DNA of 64,000 bases from Gemmatimonadales bacterium (GCA_965249575.1 OZ252244.1:3680001-3744000); one strand, 5' to 3'. Positions 47,540 to 58,739 are shown, counted from the first letter of the stretch. Notes: generated by a model from the sequence alone, not told the origin. Made by a program: numbers and translations.

Positions 47540-48177
47540 AACCGTTTCTGCTCGTGCTCTCGTCACCGTCGGGTGGAGGAAAGACTACGATTGCGCGGGC
47601 GCTCCTCGCCGCCCGTGAGGACGTGGGGTACAGCATCTCTGCGACCACCCGCTCCCCCCGCCAGAACGAGCGGGATGGCGTGGAATACTATTTTCTCTCC
47701 CGAGAGGAGTTTACCGAACGAAGGGTCGCCAACGAGTTCCTCGAGTGGGCTGAATACAGTGGGCATCTGTACGGAACGCTCGCTTCCGAGGTCGAGCGGA
47801 TTCTTGCACGGGGATCCCACGTTCTGCTCGACATCGAAGTCGAAGGCGCGAGGGCTGTGCGCGAGCGCCGCACTGACGTTGTGAGTATCTTTGTGCTGCC
47901 GCCATCCGCGAAGGCGCTGGTGGACCGTTTGGGTGGGAGGGCGACCAATCGCAGTGAAGACGTGCGGCGCAGACTGCTCCGAGCGGTCGATGAACTCGAA
48001 GAGGCGCCTCAGTACGACTACGTCGTGATCAATGCCGATCGGACCCAGGCCGTCGCTGAGGTCGCTGCAATCATTGACGCCGAAGCGCGGCGTCCGCATC
48101 GGCTGCCAAATCTGGTCCAAACGGTCGACGAGCTGCGCCGCGAACTCGCGCGCATGGCGGAAACAGACAGCCGCTGA
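47536..48177 (+). CDS. gmk: Guanylate kinase
   Basis: SPSGGGKTT, SATTRSPR and YGT motifs. Confidence 0.95.
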   Translation: MKPFLLVLSSPSGGGKTTIARALLAAREDVGYSISATTRSPRQNERDGVEYYFLSREEFTERRVANEFLEWAEYSGHLYGTLASEVERILARGSHVLLDIEVEGARAVRERRTDVVSIFVLPPSAKALVDRLGGRATNRSEDVRRRLLRAVDELEEAPQYDYVVINADRTQAVAEVAAIIDAEARRPHRLPNLVQTVDELRRELARMAETDSR

Positions 48178-48193
48178 CGAACGGGGACTTGCA

Positions 48194-48406
48194 ATGTGGA
48201 TTTTCACACCCTTGGAGCTGGCCAAACAGGCCGGTAACAAATATCTCGCCGTACTCGTGGCCGCGAAGTTCTCGCGCTACGTGAACGATTTCCCGCAGGA
48301 CCGCTCGATTGACCGGGCGAAGAAGCTAACGACCATGGCGCTCGAAGAGTTGTCATCCGGTCGCCTGCAGTACCGGCTCGTACGGCGTCGTCGGCAAGAG
48401 ACGTGA
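48194..48406 (+). CDS. rpoZ: RNA polymerase omega subunit
   Basis: NKYLAVLVAAK and ALEEL motifs; gmk-rpoZ-coaBC synteny. Confidence 0.85.
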   Translation: MWIFTPLELAKQAGNKYLAVLVAAKFSRYVNDFPQDRSIDRAKKLTTMALEELSSGRLQYRLVRRRRQET

Positions 48407-49596
48407 ACGTCGGCGGCCGCCGGATCGTCCTCGGCGTGTCGGGCGGCATCGCGAGCTACAAAGCCTGTATGGTTGCCCGGCGCCTCACGGAGGCGGGGGC
48501 TGAGGTAGATGTCGTGCTGTCGGCGGCCGCGACCGAGTTCGTCCGTCCGTTGACCTTCGAGGCGCTCACTGGACGGGGCGTTCTCACATCGTTGTGGGAA
48601 CGGGGACGCGCCCTCTCACACGTGTACCTGCCGGAGCGCAGCGATGCGATCGTCATCGCACCGGCCACGGCCAACCTGATTGCGCGACTAGCCCAGGGCC
48701 TGGCCGACGACCTGCTGAGCACTCTGCTGTTGGCCAGTGATTCGCCGGTGCTGCTGGCACCGGCGATGAACGACCGCATGTACGCGCATCCCGCGACACA
48801 GGCGAATCTCGCAACTCTGCGGCAAAGAGGGGTTGCCATCGTGGGGCCAGCGGTAGGCGCCCTCGCCGAGGGTCCTTCCGACCTACCGGGTCGAATGAGC
48901 GAGCCAGAGGTCATCCTTGCGCATGTCGAGCGTGTGCTTGGGTCAGTCAAGAGCCCCTACGTTGGGAAACGACTCGTGATTACGGCTGGGCCGACCAGGG
49001 AGCCTCTAGACCCGGTTCGCGTGCTGACCAACCGGTCGAGCGGCCGGATGGGTTACGCCGTTGCGGCGGCCGGATTCGCTCGGGGGGCGGACGTCAGGTT
49101 GATTTCCGGCCCCACGGAACTAGTCTCACCCCCGGGGGTTGCGGTAGAGCGGATCGAGACCGTCGAGGAGCTCGAGGCTGCGGTGGAGGCCCATCTACCG
49201 GCCGCGCACGTCCTCGTCATGGCGGCGGCACCGGGTGATTTTCGTGTGGCGGAGCCGTCAGCCACCAAACGGGCGCGGAGCGCGGGTACCATGGACGTTC
49301 GCGTCGAGCCCACCTCCGACATCCTCGCGGCGACGGTGGGTGCACGGCCCGAGGGGCTCGTCGTCGTTGGCTTCGCGCTCGAAACCGACGACGGGCCGTG
49401 CCGCGCCGAGCGCAAGCTCTTGGACAAGCGCCTCGACTTGATCGTGCTTAATATGGAGAACGATCCTGACGCGGGGTTCGAGGTGGAGACCAACCGGGTA
49501 ACGCTGATAGGCGCGGACGGAAGCACTCCACTCCCGGTGATGTCCAAGCGGGGGGTCGCCGAGAAGTTGCTGGATGTGATCGAGGCCAAGCTGTGA
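48403..49596 (+). CDS. coaBC: Bifunctional phosphopantothenoylcysteine decarboxylase/ligase
   Basis: GGIASYK, APAMNDRM, TAGPTRE, NRSSGRMG and GFALET motifs. Confidence 0.95.
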   Translation: MNVGGRRIVLGVSGGIASYKACMVARRLTEAGAEVDVVLSAAATEFVRPLTFEALTGRGVLTSLWERGRALSHVYLPERSDAIVIAPATANLIARLAQGLADDLLSTLLLASDSPVLLAPAMNDRMYAHPATQANLATLRQRGVAIVGPAVGALAEGPSDLPGRMSEPEVILAHVERVLGSVKSPYVGKRLVITAGPTREPLDPVRVLTNRSSGRMGYAVAAAGFARGADVRLISGPTELVSPPGVAVERIETVEELEAAVEAHLPAAHVLVMAAAPGDFRVAEPSATKRARSAGTMDVRVEPTSDILAATVGARPEGLVVVGFALETDDGPCRAERKLLDKRLDLIVLNMENDPDAGFEVETNRVTLIGADGSTPLPVMSKRGVAEKLLDVIEAKL

Positions 49597-50420
49597 GCGG
49601 GGCTCGCCAGTTGCTTCATACCTATCTCCACCAGCGGTCCGAAATGGGCGAAAGCCCCGTTGTGTTACGGGCTTCGGCCGAGGCGAGCCCACCCCGTCCC
49701 GTCGCCGGTGCCCCCGAAATGCCTGCGCCTCGGAATGCTGAGCGGAAACGTCCGGCGCGCCATCGGTCGGAACCTGGGTGGCGGGCGAGCGCCCCACCGA
49801 TTCCACCGCCCGGCATCACGATCGCCCCGCCCAGCGCGGACCTGTTCAGTGACGACGAAATGGCGGGGCAGAGCGTGAGCGGATTGGCCGAGCTCATCTT
49901 GACCTGTACTCGCTGTCCTCTCTGTCAGGGGCGGACGCACGCCGTGCCAGGTCAGGGGCCGGAAGACGCGCGACTCGTGGCGGTGGGAGAAGGGCCTGGC
50001 GCGACCGAAGACGAGACCGGCCTGCCGTTCGTGGGACGTGCGGGGGAATTGCTGACGGAAATCCTCGCCGCGATCGATTTCCCCCGCGAAAAGGTGTTCA
50101 TCTGCAACGTCGTGAAATGCCGGCCGCCAAACAACCGCCGGCCTCAGCCCGATGAAATCCAGGAATGTGCGCCCTACCTGCACCGCCAGATCGATGTGAT
50201 CCAGCCGTCGGTGATTCTCGCCATGGGCGGCACGGCCGCGGAGACGCTTCTGAACACCAAGCAGGCGCTGGGAGCGCTGCGCTCTCGAGTTCACAGTTTC
50301 AGGGGTATTCCGCTCGTGGTGACCTACCACCCGGCGGCACTGCTTCGTAACCCACACTGGAAAAAGCCCACCTGGGATGACGTCCGTATCGCACGTCGCC
50401 TCCTCGCCGGCGAGCGCTGA
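49593..50420 (+). CDS. Uracil-DNA glycosylase family 4
   Basis: CTRCPLC, GEGPG, PFVGRAG, KCRPP and TYHPAALL motifs. Confidence 0.92.
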   Translation: MSGARQLLHTYLHQRSEMGESPVVLRASAEASPPRPVAGAPEMPAPRNAERKRPARHRSEPGWRASAPPIPPPGITIAPPSADLFSDDEMAGQSVSGLAELILTCTRCPLCQGRTHAVPGQGPEDARLVAVGEGPGATEDETGLPFVGRAGELLTEILAAIDFPREKVFICNVVKCRPPNNRRPQPDEIQECAPYLHRQIDVIQPSVILAMGGTAAETLLNTKQALGALRSRVHSFRGIPLVVTYHPAALLRNPHWKKPTWDDVRIARRLLAGER

Positions 50421-51783
50421 CACCGGCCTGCAGCGGCAGGCGCCCTGGAGTCTGGAGGCCGAGCAGGCGGTGCTCGGCGCGATGCTCTTGGACGCCGATG
50501 CGGCGCTCAAGGCCGTCGAGATGCTGCAGGACCCGGCGTTCTATCGGGATGCGCACCGGCGGATCTTCCGCGCCATGGCCAGTCTCCTCGAAAAGGGGCA
50601 AATCATCGACCCCTTGATGTTGCGCGACGAGCTGGCCCGCCGCGGGGATTTGGAGGCTGCCGGCGACATGGACTACATCGCGGTGTTACTGGACGTTGTT
50701 CCCACCGCGGCGAACGTCGAGTACCACGCCCGGATCGTGAGAGATAGGGCCCTCTTGCGTCGCCTGATCGACGTGGGGTCTGGGGTGGTGCAGGCCGCGT
50801 ATGAGGGACGGCACGATGTTGGAACGCTGCTCGATGAGGCCGAGCAGCGGATCTTCGAGGTGTCCTTTCAGCGTGGCACGCAGGAATTCGTCCGCATCAA
50901 GGAGCTCATGTGGCATACGATGGAGCGCATCGAGGCGCGCCATCGCGGCGACGATTCGGTGCGGGGCGTCCCATCGGGATTCGCAGATTTGGACTCGAAG
51001 ACCAATGGCTTCCAGAAGAGCGACCTGGTGATCGTGGCGGCCAGGCCGTCGATGGGCAAGACGGCTTTTTGTCTGAATATCGCGGCGAACGCGGCGCTCG
51101 AGTCACAAATTCCGGTGGCTGTGTTCTCACTGGAGATGGCTCGGGATCAGCTCGTCGAGCGCCTGTTAGCTGCGGAGAGCTTCGTCGACCTGCATCGGCT
51201 CCGCAGCGGGAAGCTCCGCGACGACGACTATCCAAAAATGTCACGGGCGGCGGGTCTGCTCGGGACGGCGCCGGTTTGGATCGACGACAGCCCAGCGCTC
51301 ACGCTGCTCGAGCTGCGTTCGAAGGCCCGGCGGATGAAGGCGGAGCACGATATAGGGCTCATCGTTGTCGACTATTTGCAACTCCTACGGGGGGGTGGTC
51401 GAAAAGAGAATCGCCAAGAGGAGATCAGCCTCATTTCGAGGTCGCTCAAGGCACTCGCCCGAGAGCTCAGCACACCGCTCATCGCGCTGTCCCAACTCTC
51501 GCGAGCCCCAGAACAGCGAGGTGGAGATCGCCGGCCGCTTCTCTCCGACCTTCGAGACTCGGGCGCGATCGAGCAGGATGCCGATGTCGTGCTGTTCATC
51601 TACCGCCGCGAGATGTATGCACAGTTCCTGGAGGGAGATGACGATGGCGAGGGGATGGCCGAGCTCATAGTCGCCAAACATCGCAACGGTCCGACAGGGA
51701 CGCTGAAACTTGCCTTCCATAAGCAGTACACCCGATTCGAGAACTATACCGATCAAGGGCCGAGCGGCTCAGGTGAACCGTAG
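50377..51783 (+). CDS. dnaB: Replicative DNA helicase
   Basis: EAEQAVLG, ARPSMGKT, VDYLQL, LSQLSR and SGAIEQDAD motifs; no intein. Confidence 0.97.
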   Translation: MTSVSHVASSPASADTGLQRQAPWSLEAEQAVLGAMLLDADAALKAVEMLQDPAFYRDAHRRIFRAMASLLEKGQIIDPLMLRDELARRGDLEAAGDMDYIAVLLDVVPTAANVEYHARIVRDRALLRRLIDVGSGVVQAAYEGRHDVGTLLDEAEQRIFEVSFQRGTQEFVRIKELMWHTMERIEARHRGDDSVRGVPSGFADLDSKTNGFQKSDLVIVAARPSMGKTAFCLNIAANAALESQIPVAVFSLEMARDQLVERLLAAESFVDLHRLRSGKLRDDDYPKMSRAAGLLGTAPVWIDDSPALTLLELRSKARRMKAEHDIGLIVVDYLQLLRGGGRKENRQEEISLISRSLKALARELSTPLIALSQLSRAPEQRGGDRRPLLSDLRDSGAIEQDADVVLFIYRREMYAQFLEGDDDGEGMAELIVAKHRNGPTGTLKLAFHKQYTRFENYTDQGPSGSGEP

Positions 51784-51927
51784 GTCACGCTGTGCCGGGG
51801 GTGTCACCGGGCGTAACGGAAGGCTCTACGGAACACGGCTGGCCCGCTGCTCTCCCCAGTCCGCCGTGCTTAGAGGCGTCGGTGACCGAGTCAAGGCGCT
51901 GCGGGCTCAAGGGGTGGAGAGAGGGGA

Positions 51928-52632
51928 GTGACCGTGTCCGCGCACGGGGAGGGATGCACGGGTGTGCTGGTGCCGGCGGGCGGAAGGGGCGAACGTGCCG
52001 GGGGTGGGGACTACAAGCAGTTCCGCCCAATTCGAGGGGTGCCGATGCTGTTGCGGGCGCTCCGGCCTTTCATCGAGAGCCCCGCGATCGCGGAGATCGT
52101 CGTGGCGCTTCCCGGCCGCGTGGCTTCCGCCCCCCCTTCCTGGCTCGCACACGTGCTCGGCGACCGCGTGCGCGCGGTGTCTGGCGGGGAAACGCGGGCC
52201 GAGTCGGTACGGGCCGCATTGGCGGCGCTCTCCCCGCGTTGCGAGTTCGTCCTGGTCCATGACGCGGCCCGGCCGTTCGTGTCGACGGAAACCGTACGTG
52301 CGGTCATGCAGAAGGCCAGGGATGGCGTTGGAGCCCTCGCAGCGACCCCAGTGACCGATACCGTCAAGCGGGTCGCTGATGACATGAGGGTGATCGAGAC
52401 CGTCGAGCGAGTGCGCCTTTGGAGAGCCCATACGCCCCAGGGCTTTCCTCGAGCGATGCTCGAACAGGCCTTCGCCACCGCGGAGCAGTCGGGCCAACTG
52501 CGCACGACCGACGACTCGGCGCTTGTCGAGGCCGCCGGGTTTCCCGTCTGCGTGGTGCCAGACGCGTCGACGAACGTGAAGATTACCACGCCGGAGGATT
52601 TCGTCCTCGCGGAGGCGCTCGCGGCACGATGA
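51928..52632 (+). CDS. ispD: 2-C-methyl-D-erythritol 4-phosphate cytidylyltransferase
   Basis: PAGGRGER, VHDAARP, TPQGF, TDD and KITTPED motifs. Confidence 0.93.
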   Translation: MTVSAHGEGCTGVLVPAGGRGERAGGGDYKQFRPIRGVPMLLRALRPFIESPAIAEIVVALPGRVASAPPSWLAHVLGDRVRAVSGGETRAESVRAALAALSPRCEFVLVHDAARPFVSTETVRAVMQKARDGVGALAATPVTDTVKRVADDMRVIETVERVRLWRAHTPQGFPRAMLEQAFATAEQSGQLRTTDDSALVEAAGFPVCVVPDASTNVKITTPEDFVLAEALAAR

Positions 52633-53279
52633 CCGCGCTCCCGTTTTCGACCCTTGACGAGGTCGCAGCCGCCATTCCCGCGACGATGGAGCATCTCGGG
52701 CGGGGTGGGGTGATCGCGTGCCCGACCGAAACCGTGTACGGGCTGGGGTCGGGCACCAGAGACGAAGATCTCGAACGACTCGCAACGCTCAAAACGAGAC
52801 TAGTGGCGAAACCCTTCCTGTTGCTCGTGTCGAGTCGAGCGATGGCTGTGGAAATCGGTTTGCGGTTTACGCCGGAGGCGGAAGCGCTGGCCGAGGCCTT
52901 CTGGCCTGGACCGCTGACCCTCGTTCTTCCGGGCGGGGAAGGGCGGGTGTCAGAGGCGCTCCGAGGGGGCACCGGGGGAGTTGCAGTACGCCTGACAGCG
53001 CATCCGGGTGTACGCGAGCTGGTGAGGCACCTTGGGCATCCGATTACGTCGACGTCGGCCAACCGATCGGGCCGTCCGGCCGCCCGGGCCGCCGCCGCGG
53101 TCATGCGTGAGTTCGGGAGCGAGCTGGAGTGCGGACGACTCCTGCTGCTGGACGGCAGGGAGTCCCGGAGCGATACGCCATCAACCGTCGTCGACTGTGT
53201 ACGGCAGCCTAGGTTGGTGCGTGTCGGGGCGATTAGCAGAGCTGACCTTCGGGCGCGAACGTCGAGTCTGGCGTCGTGA
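52629..53279 (+). CDS. tsaC: L-threonylcarbamoyladenylate synthase
   Basis: PTETVYGL, WPGPLT, STSANRSG and PSTVVD motifs. Confidence 0.9.
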   Translation: MTALPFSTLDEVAAAIPATMEHLGRGGVIACPTETVYGLGSGTRDEDLERLATLKTRLVAKPFLLLVSSRAMAVEIGLRFTPEAEALAEAFWPGPLTLVLPGGEGRVSEALRGGTGGVAVRLTAHPGVRELVRHLGHPITSTSANRSGRPAARAAAAVMREFGSELECGRLLLLDGRESRSDTPSTVVDCVRQPRLVRVGAISRADLRARTSSLAS

Positions 53280-53755
53280 AGAGCGTGCTGTTGGTCTGCA
53301 CCGGCAACATTTGCCGTAGCCCGCTTGCCGAGGTCCTTCTGCGCCGCGAGCTGGCAGAGCGGAACGAGAGCGGCATCACGGTATTGTCGGCAGGCACGGG
53401 CGCGTGGGAGGGGGCGCCGGCCTCGGAAGGAGCGCTACTCGTTGCCCTCGAACACGGGTTGGATTTGTCAGGCCACCGCGCCAAGCTGCTCACGCGAGCG
53501 CTGGTGAGTGAGACGGACCTGGTGTTCACGATGGCCCGTCATCATCGTGCGCGCGTGCAGGAGTTAGGGGGGGAGGGGAGGGTGTACGTACTCGGTGAAT
53601 ACGCTGGGCGTTTGGGCCCCGAAGCGGAGGTGGGGGACCCGTTCGGCGGGGATATCGATCTCTATCGTGAGACGTATGTGGAGCTGGAAGACTTGATGCG
53701 GAAGGCGGCAGACCGGCTGATGAACGAGGCCTCCGATGCGGGTGCAGGCGTCTAG
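53276..53755 (+). CDS. Low-molecular-weight protein (Tyr/Arg) phosphatase
   Basis: VCTGNICRS and DPFGG motifs. Confidence 0.9.
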   Translation: MKSVLLVCTGNICRSPLAEVLLRRELAERNESGITVLSAGTGAWEGAPASEGALLVALEHGLDLSGHRAKLLTRALVSETDLVFTMARHHRARVQELGGEGRVYVLGEYAGRLGPEAEVGDPFGGDIDLYRETYVELEDLMRKAADRLMNEASDAGAGV

Positions 53756-54545
53756 CCGCGTTCTGGCGGTGATCGGGGATCCGATTGCTCATTCGCTCTC
53801 ACCGGCGATGCACAACGCGGCAATCACCGCGTTGGGGTTGCACGCCGTCTACGTTGCGTTCAAGACGGAGGCGGCTTCCGTACCTCACGTAATCCGGGCG
53901 TTCGAGGCGGTGGGTGTTGCGGGCAACGTTACGGTCCCGCACAAGGTCGCCGTCTCACAACTCCTCATCCGGTTAACGACCGTGGCAAAGGAACTAGGGG
54001 CGGTGAACACGTTCTGGCCGGAGGGCGGTCGCCTCGTTGGTGACAACACCGACGTAGCAGGCGTCGTGGACGCCCTCGACGAGATTGACGCCGACGGTCC
54101 GTGGCTCATTGCGGGGACCGGTGGTGCGGCTCGGGCTGTGGCCGCGGCGGCTCGTAGGAGCGATGTCGAGGTGCTCGTCCAGTCGCGGGACCCGCGGCGC
54201 GCGCGGGAGTTCGTAACCTGGGCTGAGCGGTTCGGAGCACGGGCGAGCGTGGATGACGGTCGCCCGATCGGCACCGCGATCAATGCGACCACACTCGGGC
54301 TGCGGTCCGAGGATGGTTTCCCGTTTTCGCCGGAACGCCTCGACGGCGCAGGCGCCGCGCTCGATCTCGTGTACACTTCGGGGGAAACCCCGTGGGTTCG
54401 CACCTGCCGCGTCAACGGGCTGCGCGCGGCCGATGGCCGTCGGATGCTCGTGGCGCAGGGCGCGCATGCGATCGAACGCTTCTTCCCCGGTGTCGAGGCG
54501 CCGCGGGAGATCATGACGGCCTCGGTCGAGCATGAGCTGGCATGA
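53736..54545 (+). CDS. aroE: Shikimate dehydrogenase
   Basis: HSLSPAMH, NVTVPHK, GAVNT, NTD and DLVY motifs. Confidence 0.92.
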   Translation: MRVQASSRVLAVIGDPIAHSLSPAMHNAAITALGLHAVYVAFKTEAASVPHVIRAFEAVGVAGNVTVPHKVAVSQLLIRLTTVAKELGAVNTFWPEGGRLVGDNTDVAGVVDALDEIDADGPWLIAGTGGAARAVAAAARRSDVEVLVQSRDPRRAREFVTWAERFGARASVDDGRPIGTAINATTLGLRSEDGFPFSPERLDGAGAALDLVYTSGETPWVRTCRVNGLRAADGRRMLVAQGAHAIERFFPGVEAPREIMTASVEHELA

Positions 54546-55335
54546 GTCGGGCTCGGCCGGCCCACGGTGGAGCGCCGCCGCGTTGCAACTAGCGGTTGGG
54601 CCCGCCCGCCGGACCGTGCACACGACCCTCCGCGCCCTCGAGCGGTTCCTCCTCCCCAACTCGTGCGTCGTATGTGAGCGGGCCATTGAATGTGCGACGC
54701 CGGACGCTCTCGTCTGTGCGGTTTGTCGGATCCGTATGCGGCCGGTCGCGCCAGGTTGTACGCGCTGTGGGGAGTCGATGCCGCTCATTGGACCCTGTCG
54801 GTTTTGCGTTCACTGGCCCCCGGCGCTTCAATCCGTTAGGAGCGCCGTATTGCTCACCCCTGAGGCCCGGGGGATCGTCCATCACCTCAAGTACCAGGGC
54901 TACGAATCGCTCGCCACGCTCATGGCGGCCTGGATCGCGAAGTCAGTGTCCCGACCGGCTAGCGCTACGATCATACCCATCCCGATGGCTCGGCGGCGCG
55001 CGAGGGTGCGTGGATTCAACCAAGCGGAGCTGATCGCCCGAGCACTGGGCGCGGAATGGAAATTGCCAGTCGTGGTCGGCGCCCTCAGACGGATTCACGG
55101 CATTCATTCGCAGACGGACCTGACGCCGAGAGAGCGAGAGATCAATGTCAGAGGCGCGTTCCTGGGATCTGACCGGCCGCGCACGGCCCGGGCCCTGGTT
55201 GTGGACGATGTACTGACCACTGGTGCGACGGTCGTGGCAGCTGCTTCGGCGTTGGCGAACGCGGGGTGGAGCCTAATCGAGGCGGTCACGTTCGCGCGGG
55301 CATTGCCGTTTCAGACCCGGGTAATCCACTCCTGA
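54532..55335 (+). CDS. comF: ComF-family protein (double zinc ribbon plus PRTase)
   Basis: Four CxxC pairs, RGFNQAE and [10 protein letters not shown] motifs; start uncertain. Confidence 0.85.
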   Translation: MSWHESGSAGPRWSAAALQLAVGPARRTVHTTLRALERFLLPNSCVVCERAIECATPDALVCAVCRIRMRPVAPGCTRCGESMPLIGPCRFCVHWPPALQSVRSAVLLTPEARGIVHHLKYQGYESLATLMAAWIAKSVSRPASATIIPIPMARRRARVRGFNQAELIARALGAEWKLPVVVGALRRIHGIHSQTDLTPREREINVRGAFLGSDRPRTARALVVDDVLTTGATVVAAASALANAGWSLIEAVTFARALPFQTRVIHS

Positions 55336-55390
55336 CACCGGAGCGCTGCACCGCCAAGCACTATCACCGAGATCGGGGGGAATACCAACG

Positions 55391-56401
55391 ATGGCTGTAA
55401 AGGTCGCGATTAACGGGTTCGGGAGGATCGGCCGCAATGTGTTGCGAGCCGTCACAGAGAAGAATGGAACCCTAGATATCGTTGCGGTCAATGACATCAC
55501 CGACGCGGCGACCCTAGCTCACCTTCTGACCTACGATTCGGTTCACGGCCGATTCAAGGGGGACATTCACGCCGCCGACGGGGCGATCTCGGTTGACGGA
55601 AAAACGATCAAGGTCCTCGCGGAGCGGGACCCCGCCAGGCTCCCCTGGAAGGAGCTTGCGGTGGACATCGTGTTGGAGTCCACTGGGATCTTCACTCAAC
55701 GGAGTAAGGCCGCTGCCCACCTCGAGGCCGGCGCCAAGAAGGTGGTCATCAGCGCTCCCGCGAAGCAGGAAGACCTGACCGTGGTCGTGGGGGTGAACCA
55801 CGAACGATACGACCCGGGGAAGCATCACGTCATCTCCAACGCGTCGTGCACGACGAACTGCCTCGTTCCGGTGGTCAAGGTGGTCCGGGACGCCTTCGGA
55901 TTCGAGCGGGGCTTCATGACCACCGTGCACAGCTACACGAACGATCAGCGAATCCTCGACCTTCCGCACACGGACCTGAGGCGGGCTCGTGCGGCGGCCC
56001 TGAACATCATTCCCACAACGACGGGTGCCGCTCGGGCCACGGCGCTCGTGATTCCGGAAGTGAAGGGAAAGATCGACGGAGTCGCGCTGAGGGTCCCGAC
56101 ACCGAACGTTTCCCTCGTGGATCTCACGTGCGTGGTCGAGCGAGCCACGACAATCGACGCGGTCAACGATGCCTTCCGGGCAGCCGCAGCGGGCGCTCTG
56201 GAGGGGATCCTGACGGTCTCGGTAGAGCCATTGGTGTCAGGCGACTACATCGGCGATTTCCACTCGAGCACTGTGGACGCTATGAGCACAAACGTCGTCG
56301 ACGGGACGCTGGTTCACGTGTCGTCGTGGTATGATAACGAGATGGGTTACTCGATGCGGTGTGTCGATCTCATGGAGTTCATCGCAAGCCGGCTGGGGTG
56401 A
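55391..56401 (+). CDS. gap: Glyceraldehyde-3-phosphate dehydrogenase type I
   Basis: [16 protein letters not shown] and WYDNE motifs. Confidence 0.97.
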   Translation: MAVKVAINGFGRIGRNVLRAVTEKNGTLDIVAVNDITDAATLAHLLTYDSVHGRFKGDIHAADGAISVDGKTIKVLAERDPARLPWKELAVDIVLESTGIFTQRSKAAAHLEAGAKKVVISAPAKQEDLTVVVGVNHERYDPGKHHVISNASCTTNCLVPVVKVVRDAFGFERGFMTTVHSYTNDQRILDLPHTDLRRARAAALNIIPTTTGAARATALVIPEVKGKIDGVALRVPTPNVSLVDLTCVVERATTIDAVNDAFRAAAAGALEGILTVSVEPLVSGDYIGDFHSSTVDAMSTNVVDGTLVHVSSWYDNEMGYSMRCVDLMEFIASRLG

Positions 56402-57588
56402 AGCGCACGCTGGAGTCGCTGGCCAGCCAACCGCTCGAGGGTGAGCGCGCGCTCGTGCGGGTGGATTTCAACGTCCCGGTGAAACAGGGGCGAGTGACCG
56501 ACGTGACCCGCCTCCGGGCCGCCCAGCCCACCATCCAGTGGCTGCGGGGCAAGGGCTGCCGCGTCGTACTACTGTCCCATCTGGGGAGGCCCAATGGCAA
56601 GCGATCGGATGAGCTTTCCCTAAAGCCGGTGGCTGGAGCGCTCGAACGGGAGTTAGCGATACCGATTCGCTTCTTGAGCGATCCAAGCGATCCCGCGGCG
56701 ATGCGGGCAACCCGGCGAATGCGACGCGGCGAGGTCGCGCTGGCGGAGAACACCCGGTTCTTCCCGGGCGAAGAAGAAAATGATCCCGCACTTGCCGAAA
56801 CATGGGCGCGCCTTGGCGATTTCTTCGTCAACGATGCGTTCGGGACGGCCCACCGGGCCCACGCGTCCACGGAAGCGGTGGCGCATCTCATCAAGCCGGC
56901 CGTGGCCGGGTTTCTGATGGCGCTCGAATTGGAATACCTAGGAAGCGCGCTGACTGATCCCAAGCGACCGCTCGTCGCGGTGATGGGCGGAGCGAAGATC
57001 TCGGGAAAGATCGAGGTAATCGAAGCGCTGCTTTCAAGGGTGGACGGGATCCTGATTGGCGGTGCCATGGCGTGTACGTTCTTTCTGGCCATGGGGCTTG
57101 AGGTGGGGACGTCGCTTGTTGAGAAAGACAGGGTCGACATGGCAGAGGAGCTCCTCGCGCGCGCGGGCGAAAAGATCGTGTTGCCGACGGGAGCTGTGAT
57201 TGCCCGCCGGCTCGCAGCCGGGGTCGACACGAGGAGCGTTGCGCGGGAAGCGATTCGGCGGGAGTGGGGGATGTATGACATCGACGAAGCGACATGCAGC
57301 GACTTCACCTCACGGATCGGCGAGGCCGGAACGGTCCTCTGGAACGGGCCGATGGGTGTGTTTGAGATCCCCCCGTTCAACGCCGGGACAATCGCCATCG
57401 CCCACGGGCTTGCGGACGCCGCCGATCGCGGTACCATCGCGATCGTCGGAGGCGGTGATTCCGCTGCGGCGGTTGCCGTAGCGGGCCTCAGCGAGCGGAT
57501 GACACACGTTTCGACCGGAGGTGGGGCGGCGCTCGAGTTCTTGGAAGGCAAGCCGTTACCTGGTGTGGAGGCGCTCGACGACGAATGA
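56398..57588 (+). CDS. pgk: Phosphoglycerate kinase
   Basis: [32 protein letters not shown] and STGGGA motifs. Confidence 0.97.
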   Translation: MKRTLESLASQPLEGERALVRVDFNVPVKQGRVTDVTRLRAAQPTIQWLRGKGCRVVLLSHLGRPNGKRSDELSLKPVAGALERELAIPIRFLSDPSDPAAMRATRRMRRGEVALAENTRFFPGEEENDPALAETWARLGDFFVNDAFGTAHRAHASTEAVAHLIKPAVAGFLMALELEYLGSALTDPKRPLVAVMGGAKISGKIEVIEALLSRVDGILIGGAMACTFFLAMGLEVGTSLVEKDRVDMAEELLARAGEKIVLPTGAVIARRLAAGVDTRSVAREAIRREWGMYDIDEATCSDFTSRIGEAGTVLWNGPMGVFEIPPFNAGTIAIAHGLADAADRGTIAIVGGGDSAAAVAVAGLSERMTHVSTGGGAALEFLEGKPLPGVEALDDE

Positions 57589-58337
57589 GCAGCCCAATCT
57601 TTGCCGGAAACTGGAAGATGCACCTCGGGCCTACCGCGGCCCGGGAGTTCCTCGACGAGTTCCTTCACCTGTACGAGCCGGTGGACGATCGTGGGGTATG
57701 GCTTTTTCCCCCGGCCGTGTCACTTGAGGTGGTGTCGAATCTGGTCGGTGGGCGGCCTGGGTTTCTGACTGGAGCACAAAACATCCATTGGGAATCGAAA
57801 GGTGCGTTTACTGGCGAATTGAGCCCCCCGATGGCCCGGGATGCCGGGGCGGCGCTGACTCTGGTCGGGCATTCCGAAAGAAGGCACGTGTTTGGCGAAA
57901 CGGATGAAGAAACGGGAATGAAGGTCCGGGCGGCCCTGGCGCATGACCTAAGACCTGTTTTGTGCGTCGGGGAAACCCTTGCCCAACGCGAGCGGGACGA
58001 GACGGTAGCCGTGGTGAGCCGCCAGCTTGGCGCGCTCGAAGGACTGGAACACGCAGCCCGCGAGAGGGTCGTTATCGCGTACGAGCCGGTCTGGGCCATT
58101 GGCACAGGCAAGAATGCTTCGCCCGCCGACGCGGCGGAGGTCCATCGTTCCATTCGGGGGTGGTTCCAGGAGCGGGGGGTCGCCCCTGAAGGGGTCTCGG
58201 TCCTCTACGGAGGGAGTGTTAAAGTGGCCAATGTCCGCGCGCTCCTCGAAGAGTCCCAGATCGACGGGGTGTTGGTGGGTGGGGCATCTGTCGATCCCGA
58301 GTCTTGGGCGCAGATAACCCAGACCGCGCTCGATTGA
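57585..58337 (+). CDS. tpiA: Triosephosphate isomerase
   Basis: AGNWKM, GHSERR, AYEPVWAIGTG and YGGSV motifs. Confidence 0.97.
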   Translation: MSSPIFAGNWKMHLGPTAAREFLDEFLHLYEPVDDRGVWLFPPAVSLEVVSNLVGGRPGFLTGAQNIHWESKGAFTGELSPPMARDAGAALTLVGHSERRHVFGETDEETGMKVRAALAHDLRPVLCVGETLAQRERDETVAVVSRQLGALEGLEHAARERVVIAYEPVWAIGTGKNASPADAAEVHRSIRGWFQERGVAPEGVSVLYGGSVKVANVRALLEESQIDGVLVGGASVDPESWAQITQTALD

Positions 58338-58362
58338 CTAACGTGTTGTAGCTCGGTATGCT
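58334..58362 (+). promoter_or_regulatory. Sigma70 promoter of secG
   Basis: TTGACT-N17-TATGCT. Confidence 0.65.
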
Positions 58363-58382
58363 GCGGGCCACCCGAGGAGCCA

Positions 58383-58739
58383 ATGTTTGCGTTCTTACTG
58401 ATTGTCCTGATTGCTGATGCACTGTTGCTGGGTGTCGTGGTCCTGCTCCAGGAGGGAAAAGGGGGTGGGCTCGCGGCCATGGGGGGTGGCGCGTCTAGTG
58501 AGAGCTTTTTTGGTGGTCGGCAGGCGGTGACCATCCTGACAAAGCTCACCTGGTGGTGTGGAGGTGTGTTCCTGTTCCTGTCTCTGGTTCTGGCGGGCAT
58601 GAGCGCCGGAACCTCGCAGCCGCGCTCCGTGCTGGAAGGGCAGCTTGCCCCGCCGACTCCGGTGAGCCCGCTTCCCCTCGACGTCCAACCGGCGCCCGCT
58701 CCGGTTTTCGAGGATGGTGGGGAAGGGGCGGGGAACTGA
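58383..58739 (+). CDS. secG: Preprotein translocase subunit SecG
   Basis: VLLQEGKGGGL and LTKLT motifs; two TM helices; follows tpiA. Confidence 0.92.
   Translation: MFAFLLIVLIADALLLGVVVLLQEGKGGGLAAMGGGASSESFFGGRQAVTILTKLTWWCGGVFLFLSLVLAGMSAGTSQPRSVLEGQLAPPTPVSPLPLDVQPAPAPVFEDGGEGAGN

Noticed and set aside
51784..51927. Identification of the dnaB-ispD spacer as a radA remnant
   Set aside because: No RadA zinc-finger, Walker or KNRFG motif is recognisable in any frame.
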